Of a stretch of DNA of 64,000 nucleotides, positions 20,152-30,508 are shown one piece after another. The stretch comes from Alphaproteobacteria bacterium. Lineage in GTDB: Bacteria > Pseudomonadota > Alphaproteobacteria > UBA828. Positions within the stretch are counted from its first letter, which is position 1, and each line of letters starts with the position of its first letter. Location: NCBI GenBank assembly GCA_965221125.1, contig CBDCRW010000004.1, positions 256,001 through 320,000 of the forward strand, given 5' to 3'. The translations under genes and the position numbers were made by a program. The notes under the pieces were generated by a model, which was not told the origin of the DNA, searched no databases, and saw only the letters and a list, made by a program, of their open reading frames with translations.

Positions 20152-21656
20152 CCGGCGCACCCTCCCGCCGGGCGGTGTTGCAGGCGCTCGGCGCTCTGCC
20201 GGTCCTCGTGGCGGCCGGCAGGGCAGGGGCGGCCAGCAGCGATGCGGCCGAACCCGGCCTCTCCGCCGAACAGCGCATGCTGGCCTTCGCCACTGCGCCG
20301 GCCGAGACCCTTGCCGCGCCGCTCGCGACGCGTGCCGGCCGTCTGCCACTCGATCTCACGGGCGTTCTCTGGCGCAACGGCCCGGCGGAGCACGAGCGCT
20401 TCGGCCATCGCTACGGCCACTGGTTCGACGGCGACGGCATGGTGCAGGCCTTCACCTTCTCGGGCGACGGCGTGAGCCACCGCGCCCGCATCCTGGAGAC
20501 GCCGAAGCGCCGCCGCGAGACGGAAGCGGGCAGGCGCCTCCTGCCCACGTTCGCCACGCTGCCTCCGGAGGTCGAGCCGATCCTCTCGCCGGACGACATG
20601 AACGCCGCCAACACCTCCGTGCTCGCCCACGGCGGGCGGCTCATGGCGCTCTGGGAAGGGGGCTCGGCGCTCGCGGTCGATCCCGAGACGCTGGACGCCG
20701 ACGGCTTCGTCTCCTGGCGCGCGGACCTCGCAGGCCTGCCCTTCTCGGCCCATCCCAAGGTGGAGGCCGACGGCACCTGCTGGAACATCGGCTGCGCCAC
20801 GGCGCCCCGGCCGATGCTGCTCTTCTACCGCATCGACCCGCAAGGCCGGCTCGCCGCCTTCAACGCGCTCCCCCTCGACCCCCTCGGCATGGTGCACGAC
20901 TACGTCGTGACCCGGCGCCACCTGGTGCTTGTCGTACCCCCCTTCGTGGTGGAGCCGGAGCGTTTCGCGGCCGGTCCCATCAGCTTTCTCGACGCCCACG
21001 TCTGGCGGCCGGAGCTCGGCACCCGCGTGATCGTGGTGGAGAAGGAGACCCTCACCCCCATTCGCCGCTACGCGCTGCCGGCGGGCTTCCACTTCCACCA
21101 CGGCAACGGGTGGGAGGAGGCGGACGGCACCATTCACCTCGACCTCTGCCGGGCGGCCGACCCGATGTTCGCGGTCCACGACCTCCGCGCGGTCATGGCG
21201 GGGGACTGGCGCTTCCCGTCGGCGCAGCCGCACTACAGCCGCATGGTGCTCGGGCCCGGCAGTGCGGCCACGGTCGAGCAGGTGGTGCCGGCGGAGGCGG
21301 ACTTTCCCCGCATAGACCCGCGTCGCACGGGGCTGCGGCACCGTGCGCTCTTCGCGCTCACCGGCTCGGGCGACGGCGGCTGGCCGCTCTCGCGCATCGA
21401 CCGGATCGACCCCGACCGAGGTTCCGTCGACGGCTGGTCCTACCCGCGTCACGTGATCCCGGAGGAGCACGTGTTCGTGCCGCGCGGCGGGACGGAAGGC
21501 GACGGCTGGCTGGTGGGTCCCTCCCTCGACCTGGAGCGCCGCGCTGCCGGGCTCAGCGTCTTCGACGCCCGGCACCTCGCCGACGGGCCGCTCTGGCAAG
21601 GCCTCCTGCCCTACCCGCTCCCCCTCGCTCTGCACGGGACCTTCGTCCCGGCGTAA
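20148..21656 (+). CDS. carotenoid cleavage oxygenase family (RPE65/CCD/LSD) with Tat-like signal
   Basis: RNGP, HWFDGDGM, AHPK, MVHDY, FHHGN, LHG; ATGA coupling to DUF2141; SRRAVL. Confidence 0.9.
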   Translation: MTGAPSRRAVLQALGALPVLVAAGRAGAASSDAAEPGLSAEQRMLAFATAPAETLAAPLATRAGRLPLDLTGVLWRNGPAEHERFGHRYGHWFDGDGMVQAFTFSGDGVSHRARILETPKRRRETEAGRRLLPTFATLPPEVEPILSPDDMNAANTSVLAHGGRLMALWEGGSALAVDPETLDADGFVSWRADLAGLPFSAHPKVEADGTCWNIGCATAPRPMLLFYRIDPQGRLAAFNALPLDPLGMVHDYVVTRRHLVLVVPPFVVEPERFAAGPISFLDAHVWRPELGTRVIVVEKETLTPIRRYALPAGFHFHHGNGWEEADGTIHLDLCRAADPMFAVHDLRAVMAGDWRFPSAQPHYSRMVLGPGSAATVEQVVPAEADFPRIDPRRTGLRHRALFALTGSGDGGWPLSRIDRIDPDRGSVDGWSYPRHVIPEEHVFVPRGGTEGDGWLVGPSLDLERRAAGLSVFDARHLADGPLWQGLLPYPLPLALHGTFVPA

Positions 21657-21666
21657 CGCGAGAACC

Positions 21667-21793
21667 GGGCGTCGGGCGACGAGTAGGGAACCGGGCCGCA
21701 GGCCCGGACGGCGCGACAGCGCCGCGCGCCGAAGGCGCGTAGCCAAGCGAGCGGAGCGAGCGCCCGGCGCCTGAGGGATTACAAAAAGATCCC
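21667..21793. repeat. multi-hairpin REP-like intergenic element
   Basis: outer arms 21667-21678/21761-21772 enclose three hairpins (21691-21707, 21710-21723, 21725-21739). Confidence 0.65.
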
Positions 21794-21795
21794 GC

Positions 21796-22995
21796 TCAAA
21801 GAGCGGGATCAGCCGAGGGGAGGCCCAGCAGCACGCGGCCGTGGTTGGACGCGTTCACGTCCCAGTTCTGGGTGATGTGACCACGGATGCAGTTGAGATC
21901 GCGCATCGCCCGCGAGATCGGGTTGCGGTCATAGAGCCCCGCCCCGCCCGAGAGGTGGAAGAGCAGGTCAACCGCCTCCGCCGCGAGCCTGCCCGCCATG
22001 GTCGCCTTGGCGCGAAGCTCCGTCTTGAGCGGCATCGGCGCGACCTCGCCCCGCGCGGCCACCGCCATGCCTGCATCGCAGCAGTGGTGCAGCAGCAGCC
22101 GCGCGGTCTCGATCGCGGTGTGGGCCTCGGCGACCTTGACCTGGGCGGTGGCGTAGTCGGCCATGCTCTTGCCCGACATCCGCGCGATGCGGTCGCGGGT
22201 GCGCGCGATGAAATCGTCGTAGGTGGCCTGGGCGACGCCCACCGCGACGATGCTCTGGTTGATGGAGAACATGGCGAAGGCCGGCAGCTTGTAGAGTGCC
22301 GCGCCGTTCACCGCGCAGCCCGGCGCGCTGCCGCCGCCCTTGGTCTCGTCGATGGCGAGCGCGCGCCGGTCCGGCACGAAGACGTCGTCCACGGCGACAT
22401 CGGCGCTGCCGGTGCCGCGCAGGCCCGCGGTGTGCCAGGTGTCGATGATCTCGAACTGGCCGAGGGGGACGGCGTGCATCTGCGCGCGCTTGGGCACGCC
22501 GTCCCCCTCGGTGAACGCCGTCGCGATGAACCAGTCCGCGCCGTAGACGCCGCTCGCGAACGGCCAGCGCCCGCTGATGCGCCAGCCGCCGTCCACCCGC
22601 ACCGCCCGGCCGCAGCTAGGGATCAGCACGCCCGCCACCATGGCGTCCGGCACCGCCTCCCAGATTTCGTCCTGCCCCTCCGGCGGCCAGTAGCCCAGCA
22701 GGCAGTTGTGCGAGCAGTACTGGGTCAGGCACCAGCCGGCGGCGCTGCAGGCGATGGAGATGGTCTCGACGATGTCGGCCATGCCCGAGAAATGCGCCTC
22801 GGCCCCGCCGTGCCGCGCGGGCTGGAGGATGCGCTGGATGCCGGACTCGCGCATCGCCTGCATGGTCTCGGGCGCGAGCCGGCGGGTCTCCTCGGTCTCG
22901 TCGGTCCGCGCGCGCACCGTCTCCATGAGCCCCCTGGCCCGCGCGAGAAGATTTTCGCGGGTCCGCGCCGTGTCCACGCCTGCCGTCTCGTTCAT
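21796..22995 (-). CDS. acyl-CoA dehydrogenase-fold flavin-dependent monooxygenase (HsaA/HpaH-like)
   Basis: SGRWPFASG, DTWHTAGLRGTGS, VFVP, RAMRD. Confidence 0.85.
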   Translation of the reverse strand: MNETAGVDTARTRENLLARARGLMETVRARTDETEETRRLAPETMQAMRESGIQRILQPARHGGAEAHFSGMADIVETISIACSAAGWCLTQYCSHNCLLGYWPPEGQDEIWEAVPDAMVAGVLIPSCGRAVRVDGGWRISGRWPFASGVYGADWFIATAFTEGDGVPKRAQMHAVPLGQFEIIDTWHTAGLRGTGSADVAVDDVFVPDRRALAIDETKGGGSAPGCAVNGAALYKLPAFAMFSINQSIVAVGVAQATYDDFIARTRDRIARMSGKSMADYATAQVKVAEAHTAIETARLLLHHCCDAGMAVAARGEVAPMPLKTELRAKATMAGRLAAEAVDLLFHLSGGAGLYDRNPISRAMRDLNCIRGHITQNWDVNASNHGRVLLGLPSADPAL

Positions 22996-23001
22996 GGCGC
23001 T

Positions 23002-23646
23002 TCAACCTTCCATCAGCACGTCGTGGGCGAGGTGGTCCGCCACTCTCCCCAGGCCCTCGCCGGTGCGGCAGTTGGTCAACAGCACGGGCCGGCCGTTCCG
23101 CACCTCCTCCGCTTCCTGCCGCATGAGCGCGAGATCGACGCCCACGTGGGGCGCGAGGTCCGACTTGTTGATGATGAGCAGGTCGGCCCGGATGATGCCG
23201 GGCCCCCGCTTGCGCGGGATGTCGCCGCCGCCCGAGACGTCGATCACGAACATCCAGTAGTCCACCAGGTCGAGGGAGAAGGTGGAGGCGAGGTTGTCGC
23301 CGCCGCTCTCGATCAGGATGAGGTCGAGGGGGCGGAGCTGGTCTTCCAGCATGTCGGCGGCCTCGATGTTGAGCGTCGGGTCCTCGCGGATCACGGTGTG
23401 GGGGCAGGCGCCCGCCTCGACGCCCACCACGCGCTCCGGCGAGATCAGGCCGCTCCGCTGCAGCCGCTCCGCGTCCTCCTGCGTCACCAGGTCGTTGGTG
23501 ACGATGGCGAGCGAGGTGCCGCGCGCCGCAAAGAGCGGCAGCAGGCCCTCGATGAGCGCCGTCTTGCCCGAGCCCACCGGCCCGCCGATGCCGACCCGCG
23601 CCGCGCTCGGCGCGGCTGCGGCCGGGGCCTCCGCCGTCTCCGCCAT
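23002..23646 (-). CDS. ureG: urease accessory GTPase UreG
   Basis: [28 protein letters not shown]. Confidence 0.93.
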   Translation of the reverse strand: MAETAEAPAAAAPSAARVGIGGPVGSGKTALIEGLLPLFAARGTSLAIVTNDLVTQEDAERLQRSGLISPERVVGVEAGACPHTVIREDPTLNIEAADMLEDQLRPLDLILIESGGDNLASTFSLDLVDYWMFVIDVSGGGDIPRKRGPGIIRADLLIINKSDLAPHVGVDLALMRQEAEEVRNGRPVLLTNCRTGEGLGRVADHLAHDVLMEG

Positions 23647-24104
23647 CACCTGCCCTCCCGCTCGTCCACGAGGCGCGCCCTGCCGTCGGCCAGGTGCTGA
23701 GCGAGCCGCGCCATGTAGCTCTCGCGCGGGCCGTCCAGCGCGACCTTGAGCACCGCGCCCTCGAAGCGCACCCGCCAGTGCAGATTGCCGCAGAAATAGC
23801 CGAGGTCCAGAGCCGCCGCTAGGTCCCGGGGCTCCAGCGCGAGCCACACCGTCTCCCGCATGCGGACGACGACGGCGCGGTCTTCCTCCAGCAAGAGAAC
23901 CGCGCCGTTGGCGAGGCTGTCGGAGCGCGCCAGCGCAATCGCGCAGTCCGTCCCCTTGTCGGTCGCCACGCGCAGCCGCTTGCGCGCCGTGTCGGCCGCA
24001 TCCAGCGTGATGGACTCGACCCGGCCGTCGTGTTCCAGCGCGTGCAGCCGCTCCGCGATGTCAGGCTCGGTCGCGTTGCCGAGGATCCGGGTCAACCGCA
24101 ACAT
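23646..24104 (-). CDS. ureE: urease accessory protein UreE (no His-rich tail)
   Basis: [21 protein letters not shown]. Confidence 0.85.
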   Translation of the reverse strand: MLRLTRILGNATEPDIAERLHALEHDGRVESITLDAADTARKRLRVATDKGTDCAIALARSDSLANGAVLLLEEDRAVVVRMRETVWLALEPRDLAAALDLGYFCGNLHWRVRFEGAVLKVALDGPRESYMARLAQHLADGRARLVDEREGR

Positions 24105-24227
24105 GGCGGGCAGCTTACGAGGATGGTGCGTGCTGGCAAGGGAGGGCGCGCCGGCGCGGCGCGTGTCGATTGAAGGCCGGCCGGGCCTTCGGCATCATGC
24201 GGGCACGGCGCCACGCGGAGGAACGTT

Positions 24228-25856
24228 ATGCGCGCGACGATGATGGACTACCCGCTCACGCTGACCCAATACCTGGAGCGGGCCGGCACGCTGTTCAGAG
24301 ACAGCGAGATCGTCACCCGGCTGCCGGACAAGTCGCTGCACCGCTACCGCTACGGCGACTTCCACCGGCGCGCCCGGCAACTCGCCTCGGCGCTCAGGCG
24401 CGCAGGCCTCGAGCGGGGCGATCCCGTCGCCACCATGATGTGGAACAACTTCCCGCACGAGGAGTGCTACTTCGGCGTTCCCTGCGCCGGCGGCGTGCTG
24501 CACACGCTGAACTTCCGCCTGCACCCGAACGACATCGCCTATATCGCGAACCACGCGGGCGACCGCTTCGTGATCGTGGACGACGTGCTGCTGCCGCTCT
24601 TCGAGAAGGTCCGGGCCGAGATCGCGCCGGAGCGGGTGTTCGTCGTAGCCCTCTCCGGCCATCCGGTGTCGGACGGCTACGAGAGCTACGAGGACCTGCT
24701 GGCCACCGGCGATGCCGATGACGACCTGCCGGAGCTCGACGAGCGCGACGCCTGCGGCGTCTGCTACACCTCCGGCACCACCGGCCGGCCCAAGGGCGTC
24801 GTCTACTCGCACCGCGCCATGGTGCTGCACACCATGACGATGTGCATGACCGAGCCCTTCGGCATCAGCCAGCACGATTCCGTCATGCCGGTGGTGCCGA
24901 TGTTCCACGCCAACGGCTGGGGTCTCCCTTTCGCGGCGGCGGCGAGCGGCGCCCGCATCGTCCTGCCCGGCCCGCACCTCGACCCGGTGAGCCTGCTCGA
25001 CCTCTGCGCGGCCGAGGAGGTCACGTTCACCGCCGGCGTGCCGACGATCTGGAACGGGATCCTCCAGGCGCTCGATGCCGAGCCCGAGCGCTGGTCGCTC
25101 GACCCCCGGTTCCGCACCGCGGTCGGCGGCTCGGCGGCGAGCGAGGCGATGATCCGGGGCTTCGACCGTCACGGGGTCCGCACCATCCACGCCTGGGGCA
25201 TGACCGAGATGACGCCGCTCGGCACCGCCGCGCTGCTCAAGGCGACCATGCAGGGGCTGGACGAGGACGCCGCGTACGGCTACCGCGCGAAGCAGGGGAC
25301 CGCTCTGCCCTTCGTCGACATGCGGCTGATCAACGATGCCGGGACCGTGCCCTGGGACGGCGAGACCATGGGCGAGGTGCAGGTGCGCGGGCCCTGGATC
25401 GCCGCCGCCTATCACGATTCGGAAGAGCTCGGCGACAAGTGGTCGGAGGACGGCTGGCTGCGCACCGGCGACGTCGCCACCGTCGACTCCGAGGGCTACA
25501 TGAAGATCACCGACCGCACCAAGGACCTGATCAAGTCCGGCGGCGAGTGGATCAGCTCGGTCGATCTGGAGAACGCGCTCATGGGGCATCCCGCCGTGAG
25601 CGAGGCCGCGGTGATCGCGGCGCGCCACGAGAAGTGGGAGGAGCGCCCGCTCGCCGTCATCGTCCTGAAGGAGGGGGCGGAGGCGGATTCGGACGCGCTC
25701 CAGAGCCACCTCGCAGCGGGCTTCGCCAAGTGGTGGCTGCCCGACGACTACGTCTTCGTGGACGAGATTCCGCGCACGTCCACCGGCAAGTTCCTCAAGT
25801 CGGCGCTCCGCGAGCGCTTCGAGGGGCTGCTGGTGGACGAGGGCGGCGGGGGTTAG
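24228..25856 (+). CDS. AMP-forming acyl-CoA ligase (DmdB/medium-long chain type)
   Basis: YTSGTTGRPKG, PMFHANGWG, WGMTE, TGD, KSGGEWISS, TGK. Confidence 0.92.
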   Translation: MRATMMDYPLTLTQYLERAGTLFRDSEIVTRLPDKSLHRYRYGDFHRRARQLASALRRAGLERGDPVATMMWNNFPHEECYFGVPCAGGVLHTLNFRLHPNDIAYIANHAGDRFVIVDDVLLPLFEKVRAEIAPERVFVVALSGHPVSDGYESYEDLLATGDADDDLPELDERDACGVCYTSGTTGRPKGVVYSHRAMVLHTMTMCMTEPFGISQHDSVMPVVPMFHANGWGLPFAAAASGARIVLPGPHLDPVSLLDLCAAEEVTFTAGVPTIWNGILQALDAEPERWSLDPRFRTAVGGSAASEAMIRGFDRHGVRTIHAWGMTEMTPLGTAALLKATMQGLDEDAAYGYRAKQGTALPFVDMRLINDAGTVPWDGETMGEVQVRGPWIAAAYHDSEELGDKWSEDGWLRTGDVATVDSEGYMKITDRTKDLIKSGGEWISSVDLENALMGHPAVSEAAVIAARHEKWEERPLAVIVLKEGAEADSDALQSHLAAGFAKWWLPDDYVFVDEIPRTSTGKFLKSALRERFEGLLVDEGGGG

Positions 25857-27604
25857 CCGCCCCTGCCGCAGGGCCCGGCCTGGCGGCGCGCGGCGGTGGC
25901 GGCCTCGTCGACCTCGGGCGGGTCGCCGGTCAGCACGACGCCGAAGCGCGTCTCCGCTTCCTCCGCCGTGTAGTAGCCGCGCATGACGTCGCGCGCGACC
26001 GCTGCAGGATCGCGTGCCCAGGCATCGCCGTAACCGCCTCCGCCCGGCGTGGACACGCGCACGGTATCGCCGGGGCGGAGCGGGATTTCCTGGTCCTTGG
26101 AGAGGTGCGGCGGCTTGTAGCGGGAGCCGTCGACGCGGATCACGTCCACGCTGTTGACGCCGCCGGGCGCGCCGCCGAGCGCGCCGTTGGGCCCAGCACG
26201 CCCGTGGTCCATCACCATGGAGGCGGAGGCCGCGCCCCGCCGGAGCGTACACGCGTAGGTGACGCCGAAGCCGCCGCGCCAGCGCCCGGCGCCGCCCGAG
26301 CCCTCGTGCAAGGAGTATTCCTGGAAGAGCACCGGGTACTTTTGCTCCATCACCTCGATGGGCTGTGACTTGGAGATGCCGATGGTGGAGCAGCCGTTGG
26401 TGAGACCGTCGCCCGATGGCGAGCCGCCGTAGCCGCCGCCGGTGAAGAGGTACATCACGAAATCGCGCCCGCGCGCGGGGTCGGCGCCGCCCACGGCGAA
26501 GTTGCCCGACGTGCCGGCGGGCGCCGCGAAGAGGCGGTCCGGTATTGCCTGGGCGAGCGCGTCGAACACGGCTTCGGCGATGCGCTGGCTCACCTCCGCC
26601 GCGCAGCCCGAGACCGGGCGCGGGTACTCGGCATGGAGGAAGGTGCCCCTGGGCTCCGTGATGTGCAGCGGCTCGAACATGCCGGCGTTGATCGGCACGT
26701 CGGGGAAGATGTGGCGGATCGCGAGGTAGACCGAGGACTTGGTGGTCGCCGCCACGCTGTTCATCGGCCCGGCGCAGGGCGGGCTCGAGTTCGCCATGTC
26801 GAAGTGCAGCTCGCTGCCGTCCACCCGAATACGCATGTCGATGGTGAGCGGCTCGTTCACCACACCGTCTGAATCGACCTGGGCGAGGCCGCGGTAGGTG
26901 CCGTCCGGAATGGTCTCGATCTTGGCCCGCATCTGCCGTGCGGCGCGCTGGCGCATCTCCCGGATCACGTCTTCGACCAGGGCCTGGCCGTACTTGTCGA
27001 GCAGCGCCGTCATCCGCCGCGCGCCCACCAGCAGCGCCGCCGACTGCGCCTCGATGTCGCCGATGCGCTGCTCGGGCACGCGGATGTTGGAGAGGATGAT
27101 CGAGAGGATCTCCTCGTCGATCGTCCCCTCCTTGTAGAGCTTGACCGGCGGGAAGCGCAGGCCCTCCTGCACCACCTCGGTGGCGCGCGCCGAGAAGCCG
27201 CCCGGCACCATGCCGCCGGTGTCCGGCCAGTGGCCGGTATTCGACAGCCAGGCGAAGTGCGCGCCCTTGTAGAAGAAGGGGAGCGCGAAGCGCACGTCCA
27301 TCAGGTGCGTGCCGCCGAGGTAGGGGTCGTTGACGGCGAAGATGTCGCCCTCGCGCACGTCGGGCTTTGTGGCGATCAGGTGCTCGGTCGAGAACTGCAT
27401 GGTGCCGACGAAGACCGGCAGCCCCAGCTCGCCTTGCGCGATGAGCTTGCCGTCCTCCTTCGCGTAGATGCCGTCCGAGCGGTCCAGGCCCTCGGAGATC
27501 ACGGGGCTAAAGGCCGAGCGCACGAAGGCGAGATCCATCTCGTTGCAGACCTGCTGCAGGCCGCTCTGCACCACGCCGAGGGTGATGGGATCGAGCGCGC
27601 TCAT
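25853..27604 (-). CDS. hydantoinase B/oxoprolinase family subunit
   Basis: SAFSPVISE, NDPYLGGTHLMD, GHWPDTGG, TPGGGGYG; start ATG 27604. Confidence 0.92.
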   Translation of the reverse strand: MSALDPITLGVVQSGLQQVCNEMDLAFVRSAFSPVISEGLDRSDGIYAKEDGKLIAQGELGLPVFVGTMQFSTEHLIATKPDVREGDIFAVNDPYLGGTHLMDVRFALPFFYKGAHFAWLSNTGHWPDTGGMVPGGFSARATEVVQEGLRFPPVKLYKEGTIDEEILSIILSNIRVPEQRIGDIEAQSAALLVGARRMTALLDKYGQALVEDVIREMRQRAARQMRAKIETIPDGTYRGLAQVDSDGVVNEPLTIDMRIRVDGSELHFDMANSSPPCAGPMNSVAATTKSSVYLAIRHIFPDVPINAGMFEPLHITEPRGTFLHAEYPRPVSGCAAEVSQRIAEAVFDALAQAIPDRLFAAPAGTSGNFAVGGADPARGRDFVMYLFTGGGYGGSPSGDGLTNGCSTIGISKSQPIEVMEQKYPVLFQEYSLHEGSGGAGRWRGGFGVTYACTLRRGAASASMVMDHGRAGPNGALGGAPGGVNSVDVIRVDGSRYKPPHLSKDQEIPLRPGDTVRVSTPGGGGYGDAWARDPAAVARDVMRGYYTAEEAETRFGVVLTGDPPEVDEAATAARRQAGPCGRGG

Positions 27605-29640
27605 CCGCGCACCTCCAGGATCAGGTTGCCGATGGCGTCGAGGGAGGCGCGGTTGCCGGGCTCGACCACGCTCGTGGTGTCGATCTGGCGGACGATCGCG
27701 GGCCCCTCGAAGCGGGCGCCGGCGGGCAGGCGCGCGCGGTCGTAAATGGGTGTCTCCGCCCAGCCCGAGGGGAACCACACGCGGCGCGTGCCTGCGAGCG
27801 CGTCGTCGAGGGCTGTGGCCTGTTCTGCGCCGGCGAGCGCTGCGAGCGGCACCTGGGGCCGCGCGCCGATCACCGCGGTGTGCAGGTTGACGAGGACCGC
27901 CGGGATCGCGTCGAGCGCGACCGCGAAGCGCTCCCAGTAGGCGGCCTCGAACGCCTCCTGCAGCTCCTCGCGCGTGACCTCGGCCCCTTCCAGCGGCACG
28001 GTGAGCAGGTGGGTCTGGCCCTCGAACTGCATGTCGGCGGCGTGCAGGTACGCGATCTCGCCGACCGCAACGCCCTCCTGCTCGATGGTCGCGCGGCCTT
28101 CCGCCGCCTGGCGCTCCAGGATCGCGCGGACGCTCCCCATGTCCGCCTCCGCCAGCGGCGCGTTCACCGTGTTCACGTGGTCGTGGCGGATGTCGGCGGT
28201 GATGCAGCCGACGGCGCTGGTGATGCCCGGCCGCGCCGGGATCATCACGCGCGGGATGCCCAACTCGGCGGCGAGCGCTGCGGCGTGCATGGGGCCCGCA
28301 CCGCCGAAGGCGAAGAGCACGAAGTCGCGCGGATCGTGGCCGCGCGCGAGCGTCGCCATGCGGATCGCGCCGGCCATGCGGTCGTTGGCGATGCGAATCA
28401 CCGCCGCCGCCGCACCGTCCACGTCGAGGCCGAGCGGCGCGCCGATGGCCTCGGCGAACACGCAACGCACGTCGCCGGGTCCAACCGGGTCTTCCACCGC
28501 CAGCAGCCGCTTGGGATCGAGCCGGCCGAGGATCAGGTTGGCGTCGGTGAGCGTCGGCCGCGCGCCGCCCCGGCCGTAGCAGATCGGCCCCGGCTCGGCG
28601 CCTGCGCTCTCCGGCCCTACTTGCAGCAAGCCGGCCTCGTCGATCCGCGCGATGCTACCGCCGCCGGCGCCGACGGTGTGCACGTCCACCATGGGCACGT
28701 GGATCGGCATGCCGTGCTCCAGCTCCATCTCGGCCGTCACCGCCGGCACGCCGGCCAGCACGAGGCCCACGTCGGCGCTGGTGCCGCCGGTGTCGAAGGT
28801 GATGAGGTCCTGGGCGCCGGCCGCGCGGCCGATCGCGGCGGCGGCCATGACGCCGGACGCCGGGCCCGAGAGCACCGTGTTGACCGCCTTCGCCGCCGCC
28901 GAGCGGGCCGAGACGCTGCCGCCGTTTCCCTGGATCACCAGCAGCTCGCGCCCGTAGCCGCGGCCTGCGAGCTTGCCCTGCAGCCGGTCGAGATAACGGT
29001 GCAGCAGCGGCTGCACGCAGGCGTTCACCGCCGCCGCGACGCCGCGCTCGTACTCGCGGAACTCGGCGAGGATCGCGTGCCCGGCGGTCACGTAGCCCTC
29101 CGGCCAGCATTCGCGGGCGATGGCAAGCGCCCGCTCCTCGTGCGCGGGGTTCTTGTAGCTGTGCAGGAAGTGGACAACGAGCGAATCGCAGCCGGCGGCA
29201 CAGAGCCGCTCCACGGCGTTGCGCACCGCCGCCTCGTCGAGCGGTGTCAGCACCTCGCCGGCCGCGTCCATGCGCTCCGGCACCTCGATGCGAAGCTCGC
29301 GCGGGATCAGCGGCGTGAAGCTGCCGGTGAGGCCGTAAGGCTGGGGTCGCGTGCGCCGCCCGAGCTCCAAAACGTCGCGGAAGCCCTTGGTCGTGATCAG
29401 CCCGCAGCGGCTGAGCTTGCGCTCCAGCAGCGCGTTGGTGGTGACCGTCGTGCCGTGGATGATCGCCGCGACGTCCGCGAGCGATGCCGACGCCCCGTCG
29501 AGCGCGGCGAGCACGCCCGCCGCCTGGTTCGCGGGCGTGGACGGCACCTTGGCGAGTCTCACGGCGCCGGTCTCCGGCTCCATCAGGATGAGATCGGTGA
29601 AGGTTCCGCCGACATCCACGCCGACGACCGCGCCGCTCAT
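27601..29640 (-). CDS. hydantoinase A/oxoprolinase family subunit
   Basis: DVGGTFTD, HGTTVTTNALLER, SGPASG, GAGGGS, FGGAGPMH. Confidence 0.93.
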   Translation of the reverse strand: MSGAVVGVDVGGTFTDLILMEPETGAVRLAKVPSTPANQAAGVLAALDGASASLADVAAIIHGTTVTTNALLERKLSRCGLITTKGFRDVLELGRRTRPQPYGLTGSFTPLIPRELRIEVPERMDAAGEVLTPLDEAAVRNAVERLCAAGCDSLVVHFLHSYKNPAHEERALAIARECWPEGYVTAGHAILAEFREYERGVAAAVNACVQPLLHRYLDRLQGKLAGRGYGRELLVIQGNGGSVSARSAAAKAVNTVLSGPASGVMAAAAIGRAAGAQDLITFDTGGTSADVGLVLAGVPAVTAEMELEHGMPIHVPMVDVHTVGAGGGSIARIDEAGLLQVGPESAGAEPGPICYGRGGARPTLTDANLILGRLDPKRLLAVEDPVGPGDVRCVFAEAIGAPLGLDVDGAAAAVIRIANDRMAGAIRMATLARGHDPRDFVLFAFGGAGPMHAAALAAELGIPRVMIPARPGITSAVGCITADIRHDHVNTVNAPLAEADMGSVRAILERQAAEGRATIEQEGVAVGEIAYLHAADMQFEGQTHLLTVPLEGAEVTREELQEAFEAAYWERFAVALDAIPAVLVNLHTAVIGARPQVPLAALAGAEQATALDDALAGTRRVWFPSGWAETPIYDRARLPAGARFEGPAIVRQIDTTSVVEPGNRASLDAIGNLILEVRG

Positions 29641-29647
29641 GAAACGC

Positions 29648-30508
29648 TCATGCGGCGACGGCTCCGGGTTCCGGCGTTGCCAGCGTGCGGCTCTCGCCCT
29701 GGAGCGCCAAACGAGCCGAGACGATCAGACCCGCCCGCTGCATCGCCCGCGCTTCGGCGAGCCCGGCGTCCAGCGCCGCCGCCCTGGCGTCGGCGGGGAG
29801 CGGCCCGACTGCGACGGTGACCGGGCGCGCGCCGAGATCGCTCTCCTCGCGGCGCGTATCGGCCGGTGCCCGCTCGATGGCGGGATGGTCCACGGTGACG
29901 GCATTGGCGATCAGCGTCGCCGCGGCGTCGGCCGCTGCCGCGCTCCCGGCCAGCACCGTGACCGCATCAGCGATGCCGAAGGAGAGGGAGCGCCCGCGCC
30001 AGCCCGAGGTTGCCATGCCCCGCGCGGGCCCGTCCGCACCGAGGACGATCCGCTCGTCGAAGCCCGGCCGGTCGGGGTCGTTCACCACGCCGGCCGAAAG
30101 CGAGGTTCCGGGGCTGAGGTGAACCGCGATGTCGCCGCCGTTGTTGACGTAGGCGCGCGCGAGCCTGCGCCCCGCCGTCATGGCGGCCAGCGCCTCGTCG
30201 GCGACGGAGCCCGCCACCGCCGCCATCGGCGTGATGAACTGCGTCCGGTGCGGCCAGCAGGCGCCCAGCATGCGCCGCGCCACCGGGCCTTTCAGCGCGG
30301 GACGGGTCTCGCCCAGGGGGCGGCGCAGAAGGGCCAGCTCGGCGACCAGACCGTCGAGGACGGTTGCGAAGCACGCGCCGGCCTGGCGGTAGGCGGCGCG
30401 CACTTCCGCGTCCTCGCCGAAGGCCTCGGCCACGATGTCGATGGGCCCGTGCTGCAGGTGCAGCCGGCGGCCGTCGGGCAGCATCGCCATGCGCGCTGCG
30501 CCCGGCAT
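29648..30508 (-). CDS. UPF0280/ApbE-like protein
   Basis: LHLQHGPID, TPMAAVAG, NNGGDIA, ATSGWRGRSLSFGIADAVTV. Confidence 0.88.
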   Translation of the reverse strand: MPGAARMAMLPDGRRLHLQHGPIDIVAEAFGEDAEVRAAYRQAGACFATVLDGLVAELALLRRPLGETRPALKGPVARRMLGACWPHRTQFITPMAAVAGSVADEALAAMTAGRRLARAYVNNGGDIAVHLSPGTSLSAGVVNDPDRPGFDERIVLGADGPARGMATSGWRGRSLSFGIADAVTVLAGSAAAADAAATLIANAVTVDHPAIERAPADTRREESDLGARPVTVAVGPLPADARAAALDAGLAEARAMQRAGLIVSARLALQGESRTLATPEPGAVAA

